Of a stretch of 64,000 bases of DNA, positions 23,360 through 34,763 are shown in pieces. Each line of letters starts with the position of its first letter. Within the stretch, counting starts at the first letter, position 1. The stretch covers positions 248,001 through 312,000 of the forward strand of contig LSRY02000056.1 in the NCBI GenBank assembly GCA_001643675.2, in the 5' to 3' direction. The translations under genes and the position numbers were made by a program. The notes below the pieces were generated by a model. The model was not told the DNA's origin. It ran no database searches and worked only from the letters and a program-made list of their open reading frames with translations. Source of the stretch: Monocercomonoides exilis PA203 (Eukaryota; Protista; Preaxostyla).

Positions 23360-26300
23360 ATGAGAGCTGCACTTAATTATATTGCATTGATGTTTCTTGC
23401 TGCAAGCTGTTTTAATGAGGAAAACATTGCAGGAAAGCAAATGCAACAAGAAATGAACGAGGAGATGCAGAAAGGCAAAATAAACATTGCAGATGGAAAT
23501 GGAAATGATAGCAATATTTTAGGAATTGAAAAGGAAAAAGTCTTTGAACCAGCAAGCAAACATCTCTGTTGTTCTCAGACAAGTCTAAATATCATCAACA
23601 GTTCATTATGTGCGAGCCATCTCAACATCATCCCCCTCACTGGTTGTCCGCTCCTCACCGCTCAACACCACTCCGCTGCAACCATCCTCTCCTCCAGTGG
23701 CAAAATTCATCCAGCAACAAAATCTCCACTTTTTCTCTCTGCCTATGCCTCCCTCGTCCTCACCAACTTCTCCCTCACCACCCCTCAACAAGCCGTCCTC
23801 TCCTTCCCCCTCTTCTCCACCCCAAACAATCTCCTCCCAGATGCCCACTCCCCAATCCCTGCCTCCTTCTCCATCTCTCACTCCTCTTTCTCCTCGTTAA
23901 TCTACCTCATCCAGCCCTTCCTTTTTTCTCCTTCATCATCCACTTCTTCTTCACTTCTTCATCCCCACCTCCAAATCCGCTTCAGTCTCCATCTCTCAAA
24001 CACCCTCTTCTCCAACATCTCTTCTTCATCTTCATCTTCATCAGCTTCCACTTCCATCAACACCAATACAATTCCTTCCTTCTCCCTTCACTCATCCCTC
24101 TCCATCCACTCAACCATCTTCCTCCACGCCCGCAACCCCATAGATGGAGCCATTCTCCCCAACCTCAATAGCCCATCCACTTCTCTTTCTGCCTTCAACA
24201 CTTCTTTTCTTCACCAAACACGATCTTCACCAAATGCTGCTGTGGTTCATGTTGGAACTGAAGCTGATAGAAAGAGACCAGGAAGACTGACTTCATTCGA
24301 TACAAGCAGCCATCGCTTTGAATGGTGCGAATGGAATGATTCCACTGGTGAAAATGATGATGGAGGGGCACTTTTCGTGACTCGCGCAAATGCCAATCTC
24401 ACAATCACTTCTTGTTCTTTCGACAATTGTTTAAGCAACGGGCATGGTGGGGCATTATATTGTAATCTTTCGTTGAAGATTGATATCGCAAAATCCAATT
24501 TCACGAGTTGTTCTGCGTCTCATGGAGGTGCAGTGCATGTATCCTATCCACAAACATATTCTGTCTGGTCATTCTCAGAAAATAGAGTGGAGCGTTGTTC
24601 AGTATCAGGTTCGAGTGGTTCTGGTTGGTATTTTGGGGTTGGCGGAACTCTGACAACTCTTCAATTCCTGTTTTCGAAATGCAAGTGTATTGCAAACACT
24701 GGGCTTGATTCATCTGGAGCAGTCACGTTTTATTATCCTCCCTCTGCAAAGCCAATTGAGTTTTCAGTCAATGATTGTCAGTTTATAAACAACACATTGA
24801 CAAATTCGTCGATGTTTGGAGGTGGTGGACTGTGCTGCACAGCAATATATCCCTGGATGAGCGGAACCAAAATTATATCCTTCTGCTTCTTCGATGGCAA
24901 CACAGCAACAAATGGAAGAGGGAATGATGTGTTCTTCAATGGACATGTTATCACCCAATCCCCATTCAACAACTGCGGATCAACAACACCCGCAAACAGA
25001 ATCTTTCTGAACAATACAGCATCAAACGAAACTGTCAACAGCTGGCTCCCTCTCATTGCAAACAGCAAAATTGTTGGAAACAACGGAACGGATGTCAGTG
25101 CCTGTGGTCGAACGCAGGAAAGCCCGTGTGCCACCATCGAGTACGCCCTCAACGGCTTTATTTCCCTCCTCCAAGACGCCTCTCTCATTCTCCTCACCTC
25201 AACATTTGTTCCCGTTCAAACACTCACCTTCAGCGCAGTTGATACAAAAATCACTGGAAATGGCACAACTGCCACCACTATCGCCTCCAGTGGCATTCCT
25301 CAACCTCCGTCAACATTTTCATCCTCATCTTCATCAACAACATCTTCTTCTTCACCAGATCCATCTGCCTCTTCTGCCCTCTTCCAACAAACACAGGGCT
25401 CTCTCGCCGTCTCCGCCCTTGCCATCGCCCACAACTCCTCAAATCCCATCACCCCCATCCTCTTCCACCTCTCCAATGACTCCCCTTCCCTCAACCTCAA
25501 CACAACCACCATCACTGGAACAACCCCATCTTCATCATCAATCACAACCCCCCTCTTCTTCCTCACTGCTGGCTCCCTCACCCTCAACCACACAGCAATC
25601 ACCAGTCTCACCCTCAACAGCCAAAGCATCTTCCATCTCACCTCCCTCGCCAGTCCTCTCACCCTCAACTCCTCCAACATCACCGATATCACGTCCGCAG
25701 CCACGCCCGCCAGCTGTATCCTCTCCTCTGCCACCTCCCCTGCCCTCTCCCTCTCCCTCGCCAACTGCACCATCACCAACATCAACTCAGAACAGTTGAG
25801 CCAACAGACTGCCACCAATGGCGGGTGCATCTCATTCGCCTCATCTGCCTCTGACAATACGTTTTCTGCGAGGAACTCCACCTTCTCCAGCTGCTGTGTG
25901 AGCGAGGATACAAGTTCTGGAGGAAGAGGCGGTGCACTCATGATCGAGTACAAGGATGATTCACAAGTGTCATCCACAACCTTTTCCATCACCAATATCG
26001 TGTTTTCAGCCAACAAGGCCAGTGTCGGAAGAGATATATATTTTGTGTGTGAATCCCTTGCTGCTTCTGTGAACGAGTCTTCCTTCGATTTCATGACAAG
26101 CATCTCTCAGAAAGACAACTCGATTGTTGGACATGACAGAACAGAGGCATTCGGTGATTGGGATGTCGATTTATTTATATTTCTCGATGGATATTTCGCA
26201 GATACAATTTATGTGGATGGAACATCTGGAGTGGAGAAGGCATATTGTGGCTTGGAAAAGGCGCCTTGTTTGAGCGTGAATTATGGAATGGAACACTTGA

Positions 26301-29300
26301 AGAGAACACAAACTACAAAACAAGAGATTATTTTATTCACCAATTCGTCTGTAGTTGGATGTGTGGATATGAGCGGGGTTAGTGTGAAAGCAAAAGAGGA
26401 AGAAATTATTGGCATTGAATGCAAAAGTGAGTTGAATGGCTCTGAAGAAGAATGTGTGATGAAGTCAGCATCACTGACAGAAATGAAGTTCATTGGGATT
26501 GTTGTTCCATCGAGCTTTAACAGAACAATCACATCAGTGATTGAATCAGGCAGTCCAAATGGAGAATTGCACATGAAGAATTGTGCAATGAGCGTGAATG
26601 GAGGGAAGCAAAACACAATTGAATTTTCCTTGATCAAATCGACAGGAAAGATGGTTGAACTGGAGTTTGTCACGATTTCAGATGTGAAATCATTGGTCTC
26701 ATTGTTTTCATTTTCGCTTTCCTCAACAAATGTGAATGAACAGGAATACAAGGTGAAGCTATTGAATTGCACACTGGAAAGATTGGAGATTGATGGAGGA
26801 GGAGAGGCAGTCGTGTTTGGAGGGGGTGTTGAAATTGGGATGGTGATGAACGGAAGCAGAATTGAAGGGGCAGTATCAGAGAAGAGCAAAGAAGGAGGAG
26901 CATTGAAGATAATATTGGGTGAAGGAGGATATGTGACAATTGAAGAGAGCTCATTTACTGGATGTGTTTGTGAGAATGGGAGCGAGGGAGGAAAAGGAGG
27001 AGGGATATATCTTGATTACAGTTCAAATGAAGAAGCATTTCAACTGTCATCGATATCGTTTTCTGAATGCTGGGCAACAGTTGGGAAGAACATGTTTGTG
27101 AATAGCAGCAATCTGGTGAACACTGTGAACACAGAGCGTTTTGCATTTGATTGCTCAGGATACAAGGATGATGGGAATGCATTTGTTGGGGAAGATGGGA
27201 TTTATGGGGAAATGGACCTTCGAGTATTTCTTGTTGAACTGAAATGGGTGGAGGTGGCTGTGTCGACAGATGGACATGACACATTGGGGTGTGGAAGTGA
27301 AATATTTCCATGCGAATCGATGAAGAGCGGAATTGACCACATTGACAGAAGTGATGCAGAGGAGGAAAGGAAAGTAAAAGTGAAAGATGAAGGGACAATT
27401 GAAGATATTTATTCATTCACAGACGCACTTGTGATTGATGGATGTGTGAGTGAAGGAGATGTCGTTAAGCATAAACCTGTCCATTTTGAAGGGACAATCA
27501 AAGGGAATTCTGCATCGTCCTCATCTGTTATCTCATCAATTCAACCACTCGGCTTGTCATCTTTGAAGTTACAGATTCCAAGTCAATTTGTACCGAGTAT
27601 GAATTCTTTGATCTCATCAAATAATAATCTTCAACTCGAAAACTGTTCATTTGAGATCAAATCATCTGTAACTGTTCAATATTCATTGATAACAACAACC
27701 GGTGGAAGTTGTTCATTGAAAGGATGCAGTATAACAGATTGTTCATTTGCCAAGTCCCCATTGATGATATCTTCTTCCGTTTTGCTTGAAAACAGCAACT
27801 TTTTAAACATAACGAAAACTGAAAGCGGTGAAGGAGGCATTACAAAAGTGACATTGAAAGAGAATGAAAAATTGGAGATCAAATCAACAAATGCATCATC
27901 TTGTTCACTTTCAAAGAACAATGGAAAAGGAGGATTCTTGTATTTGGATTGTCAAAATTGTTTGGATCAAGCACCATTTCTTTTTGGTATTGGTGTGACT
28001 TTTGAGAACAACAATGCAGCCATTGGAAAGAATGTGTTCATTTTGGGAAAGGATTTTAATTCTTCTGTGACAAATGACTCATTCAAGTTTGATTATTCCT
28101 CAATGATCAATGATAAAACTCTGTTTGTTGGAAGTGATAGTCATCATTCAGACAAGGATTTGTTCATGTTTTTGATTCCATTCAGCTCATTTGAGATATT
28201 TATCTCATCAGAAGGATTTGATGTTGCACGTTGCGGAAGTGAAGAAGAGCCATGCTTCACAATGTGGAAAGGGATGGAAAACATGAAAAAGGAGATTGGA
28301 AAGAAAACAATTCAGATTGAAGGATCAACTATTATTCGAGATTCATTCAATGTGTCCAATTATCAGATCAAAAAAAGTGTAAAGATGGGTGAAGAGAATG
28401 TAAAAGCAAAATTGAATTTTGAAAAGGCAGTTGGAAGTCAACTTGAATATTTCATGGCGAATAATATTCATCTTGAATTGATGAATATCCAACTTCAATT
28501 GACATCTGGATTTGACAACTCAGCCAAAACGATTATTTTAAACAGAGGAGGAGATTTGGTGATAACTGGATGTGCATTCCATTCAGAAGCGGGAGTGAAT
28601 AATGGATTTGATTGTGTGTTTGTGGATGCGATTGGAGGAAGCGTGGAAGTGAATGATTTGTCGATTGAATCATGCAACGTTGGAAATAGCATATTTACCA
28701 TTCACGATTCTGGAGTTGATTGCCATTTCATGAATGTTCGAGTGGAATCGTTGAATGAAAGTAGAGGATGCATTTTATCAATCAAGGAATCTGAACAAGG
28801 ATTGAAGATAAATGAAGGAGAAAATGAAGAATGTGTAAATATTGAGATCGAGAAATCATCATTTTCAGGAGTGAAGAGAAGTGATAATGGACCAAACATT
28901 CTGCAATCAAAGAGTGAGAAAAAGATTTGTTTGATTGTGAATGCGAGCAACATAACAGAAGACAAAGCAGAATTGAGTGAAAAAGGAGGGGCAATATCCT
29001 TCACATTGGGTGCATCTGGTTCAATGAAGATGATTGACTCAACAATCAGTCATTGCAGCTGTAACAACAACACTGGGAGAGGAGGAGGAGTGTATTTGGC
29101 AACAAAGGAACGAGGAGAATTGAATTTCACATTTGTGAAAATGAAGTTCAGAAACAACGAGGCAAGAGTAGGGAACGATATTTTCATTGAATGCCACAAC
29201 ATCACATCTCAGATTAATGAAAATCAATTTCAATTTGATCTTCGAGAAGGGCATTACTATCGTTACAATGCAATATATGGAAGAGATGAGTGCGAATATC

Positions 29301-32269
29301 CAAGCGACACGGATCTGATTGATTTTGTAACTATTCATCAGAGTGACACAATCATTGTGAGCAGTGTGAATGGATCAAATGAGAGACAATGTGGAACAAT
29401 CACACTTCCATGCTTTTCGATTGAACATGGAATAATGCATCTGACTTCAGATATCATGAGTCTGATATTTGTTGTTGAAGAAAGTGAAATTAGAGGCGAA
29501 TTGGATCTGAAAGAGATGAGTCTGAGTTCGAAGAGTAGAGACTTGTGTGAAGTTGAAGTGAAATCAGGGATAACAAGAACAAGAGAGGCATTGATAACAA
29601 CAGCAGGAACAGTCTCGATGCTGAGAGTGAACTTTGTGTTTGATTCAAATTTCATCTCTTCACATGAATCGCTAATATCATCAGAGGGAGGGATTCTTGA
29701 AATTGTGAATTGTTCATTCAGCTCAAAACAATCCAATGAAGAAGGAAAAGCAAGATTGGCAAATATTCCATTTCATATAATTAAAATGGCAAAAGGAGAA
29801 TTGCAACTTGATGGATGCACAATATCAAATCTAATTCTTCATAAATCTGCATTGTATCTTTCATCATCACTTCCATCAGTAGTTTATTCGTTTGATATCA
29901 GCAATTCAACGATTTCTCATTCTCTTGTTGAAATCATTGAATGTGGACAATTAAACATGGAAAAGTTTCATACAGAAAATATTTCGATTGAAGGAAATGA
30001 AGAATCCTTGATATCTTGCTTATCAATGAAAAAGACAATTCAGTTGACAAATTGCACAATTGGCAAAACAAATTCAAAGATCACAAAAGGGAAATTGATG
30101 AAAGCGGAGGATTGCACAGATGTGAAAATGGACAGTTGCATTTTTGATGGGAGTACAAAGGAAAGAAATGAGCAATATTTGAACGAGGAAGAAGAGATGT
30201 GCAGATGGGATGGATCTCTCGTGGATATCACCAAGAGTTCAGTGATGATGAAAGATACAGCAATTGCAAATTCACCAGAAGGTGGAATAACAGTGAGAGG
30301 AGGAAATGTGATAATTGAGAAAGGAGAGTTCATCGATAACAATCCATCAATTGAAGGATATCCATCATTGAGAAGAAATATAATCTGTTCCAATTCTGGA
30401 ACATTGAATGTGATGAGTTTGAAAGGAGGAGATGGTTGGAAGGATAACACATCTCTTTGGGTGTTAAATGATGGATGTCATTTTGAAGGGATTGTTTCAG
30501 AAAGGGATTCATCATTCTTTATTCCTGCGCTGGAGAGTGTAGAGGCAAAAGAAGAGACAGATAGAATGAAACTGACATTCAAAGGGATGCTTCTTGTTCC
30601 ATGCAATCTGTCATTCTCGGTTGTGAAGAGGAAGGGAGATGAGAAAGAGATTGAAAAATACACGTTTGATGAAAATGGATACTTGACGGAAAGAGAGGTT
30701 GAAGGGAGTGTAGGGAAAGATCTGATCAGCAGTTGTGGAAATGATGTTGAGGTGAGTATTCATATTTTGTTTGGAGATGCAGAGAATCCTTCATCAACTC
30801 ATCCATTCATTCTGAAGAACAGAAGCGAATCAAAGCAAAAAGAGAATGAAAACATTGTGAATGGAGATAAAAATGCAAGTTCATTGTGGATAATAATTGT
30901 TGTTGTTATGGCAATTATCCTTTTGATTGTTCTTTTAATATCTATTGTTCTTGTTATTCGATGGAGGAAGCAAAAGAGAAGAACAAAAGAATTGGAAGTG
31001 ATTGTGAATGATACTGTTAGAAAAGATCCAAAAGTATTTGAGATGACAACAATGGAGATGTCTCCCGAAGAGCAGTGGAGGAGAGCAGAGAGGGAGGCAG
31101 AGAAGAAGAACGAAGAGAGGATAAAGAAGAGAGTGTATGAGAAAAGTCTGGGGCACTCAGAATCATCAGAGCATTTGTTGAGTGAATGTGGCTCAACAGA
31201 ATACATCCTTGGACAAGATTCAGATAAGATTCCAGACTGGACATTGGGGAAGGTTGATGAGAAGGAAGAAGAGACAAGGAAAAGAACGCCATCACCTTCT
31301 ATTTCCTCAACAGATACAGAAACCACTTTTGTGCAAATTGAAGATCTGTTCCCAACTACCTCATCGATGTCAAATCTGGTTGATGCAATGGCCTGCTCAT
31401 GCCCTTACGAGAAGCTGATTGTTGACTTGAGGGACTCGCTGTTCATGCTGCTTCACGGGAGAAATGAGAAGAAAGAGATGGCGATTGGTTCATTGAAAGA
31501 AAGAGAACAAACAGCTGCCCAAATCCTGTTCTGGGTGGCGAATGGGGCTTTGCACTCGCTTGAAGATGAGGAAGATGAACTTCCCTCTTTGCGAAACCTG
31601 AGTCCTCACATTGTGCTGTTCTCGGAGCACATGGTGATCTGCATTGCCCTCCACTCCGACTGCTCTTCAATTTCAACTTCTTCTTCTGATGATGATTATG
31701 ACTCAGATTCGGACATTTCATCTATTGTCACTTCAAATTCTGATTGCTCATCGGTGAATGGGAATGGCAAGAGCTCTTTGCCTCCGCCCTCAACTGCGTT
31801 TGAGGATGAAGATAACAACAGAAAAGAGTGTCTGAGGTGGAAGGCTCCAGAGCTACTGATGAACAAGAAGATGGGAGCAACAGAGAAGTCAGTTGCATTC
31901 TCAATTGGGATGATGCTGTGGGAGTGTTTGACCCTGCAAATACCGTTTGGGGAGTATGAGGCAGAGGTTGCAGGGCAGAAAATTGCTGATGGAGAGAAGC
32001 CGAATGAGTTGGGAATCGAAGATAGCAGAGTGAAGAATGTTGTAGATGCGTGCCTGTCATCAGAAGCATCGAAAAGACCAACCCTTGCCGAGCTGAAAAA
32101 AGAGCTGATTGGACTATTTCCAAGTGGAACATTTGTTGTGACGATGACAGATGCAATCTTGCTTGAAGAAAGCAGTGAAGAACACGAAGACGAAGGCAAG
32201 AGCGACAAAAACGAAAAAGAAAGGACATTGGAAGTGAATGAGATGAAAGATATGTTTAATGAGGAATGA
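23360..32269 (+). CDS. Giant intronless type I membrane protein: signal peptide, pectin-lyase/Pmp-like beta-helix modules, TM helix, degenerate kinase domain
   Basis: A ~8.9-kb uninterrupted ORF (alternative ATG at 23291). It has GGA(L/I) motifs and five G.D...CG....PC.S/T modules (about 25085, 26230, 27270, 28210, 29370). The TM is WIIIVVVMAIILLIVLLISIVLVI. The kinase C-lobe reads RWKAPE...FSIGMMLWECLTLQIPF...KRPTL. Confidence 0.85.
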   Translation: MRAALNYIALMFLAASCFNEENIAGKQMQQEMNEEMQKGKINIADGNGNDSNILGIEKEKVFEPASKHLCCSQTSLNIINSSLCASHLNIIPLTGCPLLTAQHHSAATILSSSGKIHPATKSPLFLSAYASLVLTNFSLTTPQQAVLSFPLFSTPNNLLPDAHSPIPASFSISHSSFSSLIYLIQPFLFSPSSSTSSSLLHPHLQIRFSLHLSNTLFSNISSSSSSSSASTSINTNTIPSFSLHSSLSIHSTIFLHARNPIDGAILPNLNSPSTSLSAFNTSFLHQTRSSPNAAVVHVGTEADRKRPGRLTSFDTSSHRFEWCEWNDSTGENDDGGALFVTRANANLTITSCSFDNCLSNGHGGALYCNLSLKIDIAKSNFTSCSASHGGAVHVSYPQTYSVWSFSENRVERCSVSGSSGSGWYFGVGGTLTTLQFLFSKCKCIANTGLDSSGAVTFYYPPSAKPIEFSVNDCQFINNTLTNSSMFGGGGLCCTAIYPWMSGTKIISFCFFDGNTATNGRGNDVFFNGHVITQSPFNNCGSTTPANRIFLNNTASNETVNSWLPLIANSKIVGNNGTDVSACGRTQESPCATIEYALNGFISLLQDASLILLTSTFVPVQTLTFSAVDTKITGNGTTATTIASSGIPQPPSTFSSSSSSTTSSSSPDPSASSALFQQTQGSLAVSALAIAHNSSNPITPILFHLSNDSPSLNLNTTTITGTTPSSSSITTPLFFLTAGSLTLNHTAITSLTLNSQSIFHLTSLASPLTLNSSNITDITSAATPASCILSSATSPALSLSLANCTITNINSEQLSQQTATNGGCISFASSASDNTFSARNSTFSSCCVSEDTSSGGRGGALMIEYKDDSQVSSTTFSITNIVFSANKASVGRDIYFVCESLAASVNESSFDFMTSISQKDNSIVGHDRTEAFGDWDVDLFIFLDGYFADTIYVDGTSGVEKAYCGLEKAPCLSVNYGMEHLKRTQTTKQEIILFTNSSVVGCVDMSGVSVKAKEEEIIGIECKSELNGSEEECVMKSASLTEMKFIGIVVPSSFNRTITSVIESGSPNGELHMKNCAMSVNGGKQNTIEFSLIKSTGKMVELEFVTISDVKSLVSLFSFSLSSTNVNEQEYKVKLLNCTLERLEIDGGGEAVVFGGGVEIGMVMNGSRIEGAVSEKSKEGGALKIILGEGGYVTIEESSFTGCVCENGSEGGKGGGIYLDYSSNEEAFQLSSISFSECWATVGKNMFVNSSNLVNTVNTERFAFDCSGYKDDGNAFVGEDGIYGEMDLRVFLVELKWVEVAVSTDGHDTLGCGSEIFPCESMKSGIDHIDRSDAEEERKVKVKDEGTIEDIYSFTDALVIDGCVSEGDVVKHKPVHFEGTIKGNSASSSSVISSIQPLGLSSLKLQIPSQFVPSMNSLISSNNNLQLENCSFEIKSSVTVQYSLITTTGGSCSLKGCSITDCSFAKSPLMISSSVLLENSNFLNITKTESGEGGITKVTLKENEKLEIKSTNASSCSLSKNNGKGGFLYLDCQNCLDQAPFLFGIGVTFENNNAAIGKNVFILGKDFNSSVTNDSFKFDYSSMINDKTLFVGSDSHHSDKDLFMFLIPFSSFEIFISSEGFDVARCGSEEEPCFTMWKGMENMKKEIGKKTIQIEGSTIIRDSFNVSNYQIKKSVKMGEENVKAKLNFEKAVGSQLEYFMANNIHLELMNIQLQLTSGFDNSAKTIILNRGGDLVITGCAFHSEAGVNNGFDCVFVDAIGGSVEVNDLSIESCNVGNSIFTIHDSGVDCHFMNVRVESLNESRGCILSIKESEQGLKINEGENEECVNIEIEKSSFSGVKRSDNGPNILQSKSEKKICLIVNASNITEDKAELSEKGGAISFTLGASGSMKMIDSTISHCSCNNNTGRGGGVYLATKERGELNFTFVKMKFRNNEARVGNDIFIECHNITSQINENQFQFDLREGHYYRYNAIYGRDECEYPSDTDLIDFVTIHQSDTIIVSSVNGSNERQCGTITLPCFSIEHGIMHLTSDIMSLIFVVEESEIRGELDLKEMSLSSKSRDLCEVEVKSGITRTREALITTAGTVSMLRVNFVFDSNFISSHESLISSEGGILEIVNCSFSSKQSNEEGKARLANIPFHIIKMAKGELQLDGCTISNLILHKSALYLSSSLPSVVYSFDISNSTISHSLVEIIECGQLNMEKFHTENISIEGNEESLISCLSMKKTIQLTNCTIGKTNSKITKGKLMKAEDCTDVKMDSCIFDGSTKERNEQYLNEEEEMCRWDGSLVDITKSSVMMKDTAIANSPEGGITVRGGNVIIEKGEFIDNNPSIEGYPSLRRNIICSNSGTLNVMSLKGGDGWKDNTSLWVLNDGCHFEGIVSERDSSFFIPALESVEAKEETDRMKLTFKGMLLVPCNLSFSVVKRKGDEKEIEKYTFDENGYLTEREVEGSVGKDLISSCGNDVEVSIHILFGDAENPSSTHPFILKNRSESKQKENENIVNGDKNASSLWIIIVVVMAIILLIVLLISIVLVIRWRKQKRRTKELEVIVNDTVRKDPKVFEMTTMEMSPEEQWRRAEREAEKKNEERIKKRVYEKSLGHSESSEHLLSECGSTEYILGQDSDKIPDWTLGKVDEKEEETRKRTPSPSISSTDTETTFVQIEDLFPTTSSMSNLVDAMACSCPYEKLIVDLRDSLFMLLHGRNEKKEMAIGSLKEREQTAAQILFWVANGALHSLEDEEDELPSLRNLSPHIVLFSEHMVICIALHSDCSSISTSSSDDDYDSDSDISSIVTSNSDCSSVNGNGKSSLPPPSTAFEDEDNNRKECLRWKAPELLMNKKMGATEKSVAFSIGMMLWECLTLQIPFGEYEAEVAGQKIADGEKPNELGIEDSRVKNVVDACLSSEASKRPTLAELKKELIGLFPSGTFVVTMTDAILLEESSEEHEDEGKSDKNEKERTLEVNEMKDMFNEE

Positions 32270-33079
32270 GTGATAAATGCAAAAGAAATACTATCCGTGC
32301 AAAAAAAATGTTCGGAAAAGAAAGTTGTCAGAGTATTTTTGCATCTATTTTGATCATAGCTGTAATAAGATTCGTTGGATTTGGAAATGGACGTGTGACA
32401 TGATGGAAATTAATCGAGCAAGCAAATTTTGAGATTTATTGTTTTTTTAAGGCTCACATCAGATGACTTTTTAATAACTAATTTTTCAAGAAAATTTTGA
32501 GGAAAAAACAAGAAAGTGTTGATGAAGTTTGTACAACATTTACAAATTTAATATCAATGGTGTAAAAATGCTTCATTATTCAATTATTTGAATCTCAAAA
32601 CAAATAAATTTCAAAGTTTAAGTTTTTTTGGATAAAAGCTCCATTAAAGAATACAAAATGTTAATAAACTTGCAACAGATGGATGTCCATTCGTATTAAT
32701 TCAAAGACGTTCATTTCTATCAGAGAAAATTATAGAATATAACTTGAAAAAAAATGAAAATCACAAATTCAATTAACGAATTATAAAATGATAACTTTTT
32801 TTCAAAGATTAGCGTTTTTTTTCAAATTTTTCAATTGATTCAGAGTTAACAAAAGAAACTGAGAAAAATGAACAACGAAAAGAAAACAACTTGTTACTCT
32901 CGTATTTTCTTTTAAAAAAAAGACGATGATTCACTGAAAAATGCAATTAGAAAGGAATGTGATTTCATTCGATGAGTTGATTTAAGGTTTCGACAATCGA
33001 AATACATTTCATATGATCATCAAAAAAAATTGAAAATTTAAAAAGTTAAAATTTTGGGAAAAGTTCCATTTGTTCAATA

Positions 33080-33248
33080 ATCAGGTGAAAATGAATAATG
33101 AATATTTTCATCAAATTTCCGTTCAAACAAACCTAAATTTCCAAGAATGTGGATAAATGCTTGACAATGTCATTATTAACATTCCAGTGAATTTTGGTGA
33201 ATAGGAATGAAAATTTGATGAAAATATTTATTTTTCATTTAACCTGAT
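33080..33248. repeat. Imperfect inverted repeat/hairpin with arms of about 70 bp
   Basis: atcaggtgaaaatgaataatgaatattttcatcaaattt... pairs with ...aaatttgatgaaaatatttatttttcatttaacctgat. Confidence 0.75.
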
Positions 33249-33274
33249 ACACCATTTATAATTCGAAATTGGTA

Positions 33275-34092
33275 GGCAAAAGGGTATAATACCGGAACAT
33301 TCAAAAATAGATGAAATCAATTTATTTCATAATATTATTATCATATTCGCTATTTAAAGTTATTTATTTTGTGCTGAAACGTTTTAGAAATTTTTTTTAA
33401 AATATTTTTGATCAAAAAATATTCTCTTTTTTTGAGAAATATCAAGAATTTCTCTTTGCTGAAACATAACTTTTCTTTTGAGAAAAGTTAATACAATGAT
33501 GATTCATGAAAATAATGAGAAGAAATGGCTTGGAATTTGTTATTAACTTCACTGAGAAATGAAATAGGAAATTATTACACTTGTGAATCTTTTTTATTAT
33601 GCGAACTTTTTTATTTAATTGATTTTTAAATAGTTTTTTAATTCCATATAAATAGACATCATAAGTTATAGAATATTGTCAAAAATCTTCTTTTTGAGTA
33701 TAAAGGTTAAACGTATAAGTTTCTTATTGGAAAAATATTTTAAGTGATAGGGTTGCCAAAAGCTGAAAAAAGTTATTTTGATGTGCATAAACTCATTTGA
33801 AATCAAGATGATGACGCTGAAAAAAAGATTCAGTTTTCTTTTTTTCTTGCAATCTTCTTTAAGGAGTTGAAATTTACAAAAAAAACGATGTCAACTTTGA
33901 AATTGTTTTGAAAATGAAATATTTTTCTTCCCAAAAAAACATTTTTGATAAATTTTATTTTGAAATATTTTATTTCAACTCAGAATAATTTCCGCGCTTT
34001 AATATTTTGCACAAATATATTTTAAATAATGATAATCACTTTTATAACAAAATAAAGCAAATTCTGATGTACCGGTTAAGTACCCATTTGCC
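33275..34092. mobile_element. Non-autonomous Merlin/IS1016-like DNA transposon (818 bp)
   Basis: TIRs GGCAAAAGGGTATAATACCGGAACAT and GGCAAATGGGTACTTAACCGGTACAT (reverse complement) match at 20/26 positions. A perfect 8-bp TSD AATTGGTA lies at 33267-33274 and 34093-34100. There is no ORF. Confidence 0.85.
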
Positions 34093-34114
34093 AATTGGTA
34101 AACTTCTATAACAG

Positions 34115-34763
34115 AATTAACAAAATTGAGTATTTTTTTTGAATAAATTTTTTTGTGAAAAATTGGTTTTTGGATGAATATCAGAAAATATATAAAATAT
34201 TATATTCACTCAATATTCGAAATATAGATGAGAATTTGAACCCAGATTTTTATTATCTGTGAATAAACATGAATTTTACCGATTTTTCGGAAAAAAATCA
34301 TCAACATGGAAATAGGATAATTTTTGAATTATTTCACCTCATATCGATAAATAATGCATTATTCAACCAAGAAAAGATACATAAATTAAAGTTTATTCAG
34401 ATAATCAATAAAAAGCAAATAAAGAATTCCGAAAGTGCGTTCGTGGATTTATTCAGTTCTAAAAAATATTTGTCTTCAGCTTGCATCATTGATGCAAACA
34501 ACTTTTCTTGGTTGAGTAATGCATTATTTATCGATGTGAGGTGAAATAATTCAAAAATTATCCTATTTCCATGTTGATGATTTTTTTCCGAAAAATCGGT
34601 AAAATTCATGTTTATTCACAGATAATAAAAATCTGGGTTCAAATTCTCATCTATATTTCGAATATTGAGTGAATATAATATTTTATATATTTTCTGATAT
34701 TCATCCAAAAACCAATTTTTCACAAAAAAATTTATTCAAAAAAAATACTCAATTTTGTTAATT
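34115..34763. repeat. Near-perfect long palindrome: 262-bp arms (34115-34376 and 34502-34763) with a 125-bp spacer
   Basis: The arms are reverse complements with two substitutions and no indels. The ORF track shows the same MNFTDFSEKNHQHGNR peptide on both strands. Confidence 0.97.

Noticed and set aside
34269-34609. Two ORFs with an identical N-terminus on opposite strands
   Set aside because: They are a by-product of the palindrome in AT-rich DNA, with no coding signature.
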